The notes beneath the pieces are model-generated. The model searched no databases. It was given only the letters and a program-made list of their open reading frames with translations, and was not told the origin of the DNA. The translations under genes and the position numbers were made by a program. A stretch of 64,000 nucleotides of DNA from Eledone cirrhosa (Eukaryota), in contig OZ024748.1 in assembly GCA_964016885.1 (NCBI GenBank), forward strand, positions 39,370,001-39,434,000, written 5' to 3'. This document shows positions 55,085-64,000 of the stretch, in pieces (within the stretch, counting starts at the first letter, position 1; each line of letters begins with the position of its first letter).

Positions 55085-58000
55085 ATGAAAGACACTGTCT
55101 ATGTCATTAACCCTTTCATTACAATATTTCTAATGAAAGTCACTGTTTATGTCATTAACCCTTTCATTACCATATTTCTAATGAAAGACACTGTCTATTT
55201 CATTAACCCTTTCATTACCATATTTCTAATGAAAGACACTGTCTATTTCATTAACCCTTTCATTACCATATTTCTAATGAAAGTCACAGTCTATGTCATT
55301 AATCCTTTCATTACCATATTTCTAATGAAAGTCTCTGTCTATGTCATTAACCCTTTCATTACCATATTTCTAATGAAAGACACTGTCTATGTGATTAACC
55401 CTGTCATTACCATATTTCTAATGAAAGTTACTGTCTATGTTAGTAACCCTGTCATTACCATATTTCCAATGAAAGTCACTGTCTATGTCATTAACCCTTT
55501 CATTACCATATTTCTAATGAAAGATACTGTCTATGTGATTAACCCTGTCGTTACCATATTTCTAATGAAAGTTACTGTCTATGTCAGTAACCCTGTCATT
55601 ACCATATTTCTAATGAAAGACACTGTCTATGTCATTAACCCTTTCATTACCATATTTCTAATGAAAGACACTGTCTATTTCATTAACCCTTTCATTACCA
55701 TATTTCTAATGAAAGATACTGTCTATGTGATTAACCCTGTCGTTACCATATTTCTAATGAAAGACACTGTCTATGTCATTAACCCTTTCATTACCATATT
55801 TCTAATGAAAGACACTGTCTATGTCATTAACCCTTTCATTACCATATTTCTAATGAAAGTCACTGTCTATGTCATTAACCCTTTCATTACCATATTGCTA
55901 ATGAAAGACACTGTCTATGTCATTAACCCTTTCATTACCATATTTCTAATGAAAGTCACTGTCTATGTCATTAACCCTTTCATTACCATATTTCTAATGA
56001 AAGTCACTGTCTATGTCATTAACCCTTTCATTACCATATTTCTAATGAAAGTCACTGTCTATGTCATTAACCCTTTCATTACCATATTTCTAATGAAAGA
56101 CACATTATATGTCATTAATCCTTTCATTACCATATTTCTAATGGAAGTCACTGTCTATGTCAGTAACCCTGTCATTACCATATTTCTAATGAAAGACACT
56201 GTCTATGTCATTAACCCTTTCATTACCATATTTCTGAGAATGTCTATTTCATTAACCCTTTCATGACCATATTTCTAATGAAAGACACTGTCTATGTCAT
56301 TAACCCTTTCATTACAATATTTCTAATGAAAGTCACTGTCTATGTCATTAACCCTTTCATTACCATATTTCTAATGAAAGTCACTGTCTATGTCATTAAC
56401 CCTTTAATTACCATATTTCTAATGAAAGTCACTGTCTATGTCATTAACCCTTTCATCACCATATTTCTAATGAAAGACACTGTCTATGTCATTAACCCTT
56501 TCATTACCATATTTCTAATGAAAGACACTGTCTATTTCATTAACCCTTTCATTACCATATTTCTAATGAAAGACACTGTCTATTTCAATAACCCTTTCAT
56601 TACCATATTTCTAATGAAAGACACTGTCTATTTCATTAACCCTTTCATTACCATATTTCTAATGAAAGACACTGTCTATTTCATTAAACCTTTCATTACC
56701 ATATTTCTAATGAAAGACACTGTCTATGTCATTAACCCTTTCATTACCATATTTCTAATGAAAGTCACTGTCTATGTCATTAACCCTTTCATTACCATAT
56801 TTCTAATGAAAGACACAGTCTATGTCATTAATCCTTTCATTACCATATTTCTAATGAAAGTCACTGTCTATGTCATTAACCCTTTCATTACCATATTTCT
56901 AATGAAAGACACTGTCTATGTGATTAACCCTGTCATTACCATATTTCTAATGAAAGTTACTGTCTATGTCAGTAACCCTGTCATTACCATATTTCTAATG
57001 AAAGTCACTGTCTATGTCATTAACCCTTTCATTACCATATTTCTAATGAAAGACACTGTCTATGTCATTAACCCTTTCATTACCATATTTCTAATGAAAG
57101 ACACAGTCTATGCAATTAACCCTTTCATTAACATATTTCTCACAAAAGACACAGCCTATGTCATTAATCCTTTCATTACCATATTTCTAATGAAAGTCAC
57201 TGTCTATGTCATTAACCCTTTCATTACCATATTTCTAATGAAAGTCACTGTCTATGTGATTAATCCTGTCATTACCATATTTCTAATGAAAGTCACTCTC
57301 TACTTCATTAACCCTTTCATTACCATATTTCTTATGAAAGACACTGTCTATGTCATTAACCCTTTCGTTACCATATTTCTAATGAAAGTCATTGTCTATG
57401 TCATTAACCCTTTCATTACCATATTTCTAATGAAAGAAACTGTCTATGTCATTAACCCTTTCATTACCATATTTCTAATGAAAGACACAGTCTATGTCAT
57501 TAATCCATTAATTACCATATTTCTAATGAAAGTCACTGTCTATGTCATTAACCCTTTCATTACCATATTTCTAATGAAAGACGCTGTCTATGTGATTAAC
57601 CCTGTCATTACCATATTTCTAATGAAAGTTACTGTCTATGTCAGTAACCCTGTCATTACCATATTTCTAATGAAAGTCACTGTCTATGTCATTAACCCTT
57701 TCATTAACATATTTCTAATGAAAGACTCTGTCTATGTCATTAACCCTTTCATTACCATATTTCTAATGAAAGACACTGTCTATGTCATTAACCCTTTCAT
57801 TACCATATTTCTAATGAAAGTCACTGTCTATGTCATTAACCCTTTCATTACCATATTTCTAATGAAAGACACTGTCTATGTCATTAACTCTTTCATTATC
57901 ATATTTCTAATAAAAGTCACTGTCTATGTCATTAACCCTTTCATTACCATATTTCTAATGAAAGTCACTGTCTATGTCATTAACCCTTTCATTACGATAT

Positions 58001-61000
58001 TTCTAATGAAAGACATAGTCTATGTCATTAATCCTTTCATTACCATATTTCTAATGAAAGTCACTGTGTATGTCATTACCCCTTTCATTACCATATTTCC
58101 AATGAAAGACACAGTCTATGTCATTAATCCTTTCATTACCATATTTCTAATGAAAGTCACTGTCTATGTCATTAACCCTTTCATTACCATATTTCTAATG
58201 AAAGACACTGTGTATGTGATTAATCCTGTCATTACCATATTTCTAATGAAAGTCACTGTTTATGTCATTAACCCTGTCATTACCATATTTCTAATGAAAG
58301 TCACTGTCTATGTCATTAACCCTTTCATTACGATATTTCTAATGAAAGACACAGTCTATGTCATTAATCCTTTCATTACCATATTTCTAATGTAAGACAC
58401 TGTCTGTCATTAACCCTGTCATTACTATATTTCTAATGAAAGACACTGCCTATGTCATTAACCCTTTCATTACCATATTTCTAATGAAAGACACTGTCTA
58501 TGTCATTAACCCTTTATTATCATATTTCTAATGAAAGACACTGTCTATGTCATTAACCCTTTATTATCATATTTCTAATGAAAGACACTGTCTATGTCAT
58601 TAACCCTTTCATTAACATATTTCTCACAAAAGACACTGCCTATGTCCATATTACCATATATCTAATGAAAGACACTGTCTATGTCATTAACTCTTTCATT
58701 ACCATATTTCTAATGAAAGACACTGTCTATGTCATTAACCCTTTCATTACCATATTTCTAATGAAAGACACTGCCAATGTCATTAACCCTTTCATTACCA
58801 TATTTCTGACACTGTCGATGTCATTAACCCTTTCATCATCATATTTCTAATAAAAGACACTGTTTATGTCATTAACCCTATCATTACCTTATTTCTAATG
58901 AAAGACACTGTCTATGTCATTAACCCTGTCATTACCCTATTTCTAATGAGAGACACTGCCGATGTCATTAACCCTTTCATTACCATATTTCTGAGACTGT
59001 CTATTTCATTAACCCTTTCATTACCATATTTCTAATGAAAGACACTGTCTATTTCATTAACCCTTTCATTACCATATTTCTAATGAAAGTCACTGTCTAT
59101 GTCATTAATCCTTCCATTACCATATTTCTAATGAAAGGCACTGTCTATGTCATTAACCCTTTCATTACCATATTTCTAATGAAAGTCACTGTCTATGTCA
59201 TTAACCCTTTCATTACCATATTTCTAATGAAAGACACTGTCTATGTCATTAACCCTTTCATTACCATATTTCTGAGACTGACTATTTCATTAACCCTTTC
59301 ATTACCATATTTCTAATGAAAGACACTGTCTATGTCATTAACCCTTTCATTACAATATTTCTAATGAAAGTCACTGTTTATGTCATTAACCCTTTCATTA
59401 CCATATTTCTAATGAAAGACACTGTCTATTTCATTAACCCTTTCATTACCATATTTCTAATGAAAGACACTGTCTATTTCATTAACCCTTTCATTACCAT
59501 ATTTCTAATGAAAGTCACAGTCTATGTCATTAATCCTTTCATTACCATATTTCTAATGAAAGTCACTGTCTATGTCATTAACCCTTTCATTACCATATTT
59601 CTAATGAAAGACACTGTCTATGTGATTAACCCTGTCATTACCATATTTCTAATGAAAGTCACAGTCTATGTCATTAATCCTTTCATTACCATATTTCTAA
59701 TGAAAGTCACTGTCTATGTCATTAACCCTTTCATTACCATATTTCTAATGAAAGACACTGTCTATGTGATTAACCCTGTCATTACCATATTTCTAATGAA
59801 AGTCACAGTCTATGTCATTAATCCTTTCATTACCATATTTCTAATGAAAGTCACTGTCTATGTCATTAACCCTTTCATTACCATATTTCTAATGAAAGAC
59901 ACTGTCTATGTGATTAATCCTGTCATTACCATATTTCTAATGAAAGTCACTGTTTATGTCATTAACCCTGTCATGACCATATTTCTAATGAAAGTCACTG
60001 TCTATGTCATTAACCCTTTCATTACCATATTTCTAATGAAAGACACTGTCTATGTCATTAACCCTTTCATTACCATATTTCTAATGAAAGTCACTGTCTA
60101 TGTCATTAACCCTTTCATTACCATATTTCTAATGAAAGTCACTGTCTATGTCATTAACCCTTTCATTACCATATTTCTAATGAAAGGCACTGTCTATGTC
60201 AGTAACCCTTTCATTACCATATTTCTAATGAAAGTCACTGTCTATGTCATTAACCCTTTCATTACCATATTTCTAATGAAAGACACTGTCTATGTCATTA
60301 ACCCTTTCATTACCATATTTCTGAGACTGTCTATTTCATTAACCCTTTCATTACCATATTTCTAGTGAAAGACACTGTCTATGTCATTAACCCTTTCATT
60401 ACAATATTTCTAATGAAAGTCACTGTTTATGTCATTAACCCTTTCATTACCATATTTCTAATGAAAGACACTGTCTATTTCATTAACCCTTTCATTACCA
60501 TATTTCTAATGAAAGACACTGTCTATTTCATTAGCCCTTTCATTACCATATTTCTAATGAAAGTCACAGTCTATGTCATTAATCCTTTCATTACCATGTT
60601 TCTAATGAATGTCACTGTCTATGTCATTAACCCTTTCATTACCATATTTCTAATGAAAGACACTGTCTATGTGATTAACCCTGTCATTACCATATTTCTA
60701 ATGAAAGTTACTGTCTATGTCAGTAACCCTGTCATTACCATATTTCCAATGAAAGTCACTATCTATGTCATTAACCCTTTCATTACCATATTTCTAATGA
60801 AAGATACTGTCTATGTGATTAACCCTGTCGTTACCATATTTGTAATGAAAGTTACTGTCTATGTCAGTAACCCTGTCATTACCATATTTCTAATGAAAGA
60901 CACTGTCTATGTCATTAAGCCTTTCATTACCATATTTCTAATGAAAGACACTGTCTATTTCATTAACCCTTTCATTACCATATTTCTAATGAAAGACACT

Positions 61001-64000
61001 GTCTATGTCATTAACCCTTTCATTACCATATTTCTAATGAAAGACACTGTCTATGTCATTAACCCTTTCATTACCATATTTCTAATGAAAGTCACTGTCT
61101 ATGTCATTAACCCTTTCATTACCATATTGCTAATGAAAGACACTGTCTATGTCATTAACACTTTCATTACCATATTTCTAATGAAAGTCACTGTCTATGT
61201 CATTAACCCTTTCATTACCATATTTCTAATGAAAGTCACTGTCTATGTCATTAACCCTTTCATTACCATATTTCTAATGAAAGTCACTGTCTATGTCATT
61301 AACCCTTTCATTACCATATTTCTAATGAAAGACACATTCTATGTCATTAATCCTTTCATTACCATATTTCTAATGGAAGTCACTGTCTATGTCAGTAACC
61401 CTGTCATTACCATATTTCTAATGAAAGACACTGTCTATGTCATTAACCCTTTCATTACCATATTTCTGAGAATGTCTATTTCATTAACCCTTTCATGACC
61501 ATATTTCTAATGAAAGACACTGTCTATGTCATTAACCCTTTCATTACAATATTTCTAATGAAAGTCACTGTCTATGTCATTAACCCTTTCATTACCATAT
61601 TTCTAATGAAAGTCACTGTCTATGTCATTAACCCTTTAATTACCATTTTTCAAATGAAAGTCACTGTCTATGTCATTAACCCTTTCATTACCATATTTCT
61701 AATGAAAGTCACTGTCTATGTCATTAACCCTTTCATTACCATATTTCTAATGAAAGTCACTGTCTATTTCATTAACCCTTTCATTACCATATTTCTAATG
61801 AAAGACACTGTCTATGTCATTAACCCTTTCATTACCATATTTCTAATGAAAGACACTGTTTATTTCATTAACCCTTTCATTACCATATTTCTAATGAAAG
61901 ACACTGTCTATGTCATTAACCCTTTCATTACCATATTTCTAACGAAAGACACTGTCTATTTCATTAACCCTTTCATTACCATATTTCTAATGAAAGACAC
62001 TGTCTATTTCATTAACCCTTTCATTACCATATTTCTAATGAAAGACACTGTCTATTTCATTGACCCTTTCATTACCATATTTCTAATGAAAGACACTGTC
62101 TATTTCATTAAACCTTTCATTACCATATTTCTAATGAAAGACACTGTCTATGTCATTAACCCTTTCATTACCATATTTCTAATGAAAGTCACTGTCTATG
62201 TCATTAACCCTTTCATTACCATATTTCTAATGAAAGACACAGTCTATGTCATTAATCCTTTCATTACCATATTTCTAATGAAAGTCACTGTCTATGTCAT
62301 TAACCCTTTCATTACCATATTTCTAATGAAAGACACTGTCTATGTGATTAACCCTGTCATTACCATATTTCTAATGAAAGTTACTGTCTATGTCAGTAAC
62401 CCTGTCATTACCATATTTCTAATGAAAGTCACTGTCTATGTCATTAACCCTTTCATTGCCATATTTCTAATGAAAGACACTGTCTATGTCATTAACCCTT
62501 TCATTACCATATTTCTAATGAAAGACACAGTCTATGCAATTAACCCTTTCATTAACATATTTCTCACAAAAGACACAGCCTATGTCATTAATCCTTTCAT
62601 TACCATATTTCTAATGAAAGTCACTGTCTATGTCATTAACCCTTTCATTACCATATTTCTAATGAAAGTCACTGTCTATGTGATTAATCCTGTCATTACC
62701 ATATTTCTAATGAAAGTCACTCTCTACTTCATTAACCCTTTCATTACCATATTTCTTATGAAAGACACTGTCTATGTCATTAACCCTTTCGTTACCATAT
62801 TTCTAATGAAAGTCATTGTCTATGTCATTAACCCTTTCATTACCATATTTCTAATGAAAGAAACTGTCTATGTCATTAACCCTTTCATTACCATATTTCT
62901 AATGAAAGACACAGTCTATGTCATTAATCCATTAATTACCATATTTCTAATGAAAGTCACTGTCTATGTCATTAACCCTTTCATTACCATATTTCTAATG
63001 AAAGACGCTGTCTATGTGATTAACCCTGTCATTACCATATTTCTAATGAAAGTTACTGTCTATGTCAGTAACCCTGTCATTACCATATTTCTAATGAAAG
63101 TCACTGTCTATGTCATTAACCCTTTCATTAACATATTTCTAATGAAAGACTCTGTCTATGTCATTAACCCTGTCATTACCATATTTCTAATGAAAGACAC
63201 TGTCTATGTCATTAACCCTTTCATTACCATATTTCTAATGAAAGACACTGTCTATGTCATTAACTCTTTCATTATCATATTTCTAATAAAAGTCACTGTC
63301 TATGTCATTAACCCTTTCATTACCATATTTCTAATGAAAGTCACTCTCTATGTCATTAACCCTTTCATTACGATATTTGTAATGAAAGACATAGTCTATG
63401 TCATTAATCCTTTCATTACCATATTTCTAATGAAAGTCACTGTCTATGTCATTACCCCTTTCATTACCATATTTCTAATGAAAGACACAGTCTATGTCAT
63501 TAATCCTTTCATTACCATATTTCTAATGAAAGTCACTGTCTATGTCATTAACCCTTTCATTTCCATATTTCTAATGAAAGACACTGTCTATGTGATTAAT
63601 CCTGTCATTACCATATTTCTAATGAAAGACACTGTCTATGTGATTAATCCTGTCATTACCATATTTCTAATGAAAGACACTGTCTATGTCATTAACCCTT
63701 TATTATCATATTTCTAATAAAAGACACTGTCTATGTCATTAACCCTTTATTATCATATTTCTAATGAAAGACACTGTCTATGTCATTAACCCTTTCATTA
63801 AGATATTTCTCACAAAAGACACTGCCTATGTCCATATTACCATATATCTAATGAAAGACACTGTCTATGTCATTAACTCTTTCATTACCATATTTCTAAT
63901 GAAAGACACTGTCTATTTCATTAACCCTTTCATTACCCTATTTCTAATGAAAGACACTGCCAATGTCATTAACCCTTTCATTACCATATTTCTGACACTG
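55085..64000. repeat. Higher-order repeat of about 5.2-5.3 kb (55085-60364, then 60365 to the window end)
   Basis: Paired landmarks 55085/60365, 56263/61495 and 58578/63764; same order of CCTTTAATT, GTCACTCTCTAC, CCATTAATT, GACGCTGTC, GACTCTGTC and GTCCATATT. Confidence 0.85.

Larger units (their letters stand above)
1..64000. repeat. 48-bp tandem satellite array (about 1,330 monomers, head-to-tail, runs off both window ends)
   Basis: The unit ATGAAAGWCACTGTCTATKTCATTAACCCTKTCATTACCATATTTCTA recurs every 48 nt throughout (ATG at 11, 59, 107...). Most copies differ from consensus by 0-3 substitutions. Rare 39-, 41-, 46-, 47-, 50- and 60-bp length variants occur. The A-type consensus has A15 C11 G4 T18. 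Confidence 0.99.

Noticed and set aside
11-63717. All listed ORFs as protein-coding genes
   Set aside because: They are pure translations of a stop-free 48-bp frame, with no unique N- or C-terminal domains. They end at indel monomers or point stops, and variation shows no synonymous bias.
1-64000. CRISPR array (palindromic repeat containing GAAAG)
   Set aside because: There are no unique spacers, leader or cas genes; the sequence between hairpins is the same repeated sequence.
1-64000. Assignment to a named satellite family or species; nucleosome phasing from 3x48=144 or 4x48=192
   Set aside because: I do not recognise the sequence and cannot run a search. The length coincidence alone is not evidence, and no array-wide trimer or tetramer period is visible.
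1-64000. Embedded insertion, inversion or unique island hidden in the array
   Set aside because: None was seen on reading. The ORF track tiles the + strand almost continuously, and the gaps I inspected are variant monomers in the same orientation.

Overview
The whole 64 kb window is one uninterrupted, head-to-tail, single-orientation tandem array of a 48-bp AT-rich monomer (about 1,330 copies, about 31% GC). The consensus is ATGAAAG[A/T]CACTGTCTAT[G/T]TCATTAACCCT[T/G]TCATTACCATATTTCTA. I saw no unique sequence, gene, RNA gene, transposase or CRISPR spacer. The long ORFs arise because the monomer is 16 codons and one of six frames happens to lack a stop. It looks like eukaryotic satellite or macro-minisatellite DNA, but the host cannot be identified from this window. 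The real structure lies at three levels: (i) inside the monomer (a 9-bp inverted repeat next to TTAA-CCC that resembles a miniature piggyBac-type MITE end, a 12-bp sub-periodicity, a second palindrome); (ii) a limited set of linked-variant monomer types; (iii) nested, irregular higher-order duplications with offsets from about 0.1 to 40 kb, whose junctions show how the array evolved. I found no support for a new protein-coding system; functional ideas below are labelled as inference.
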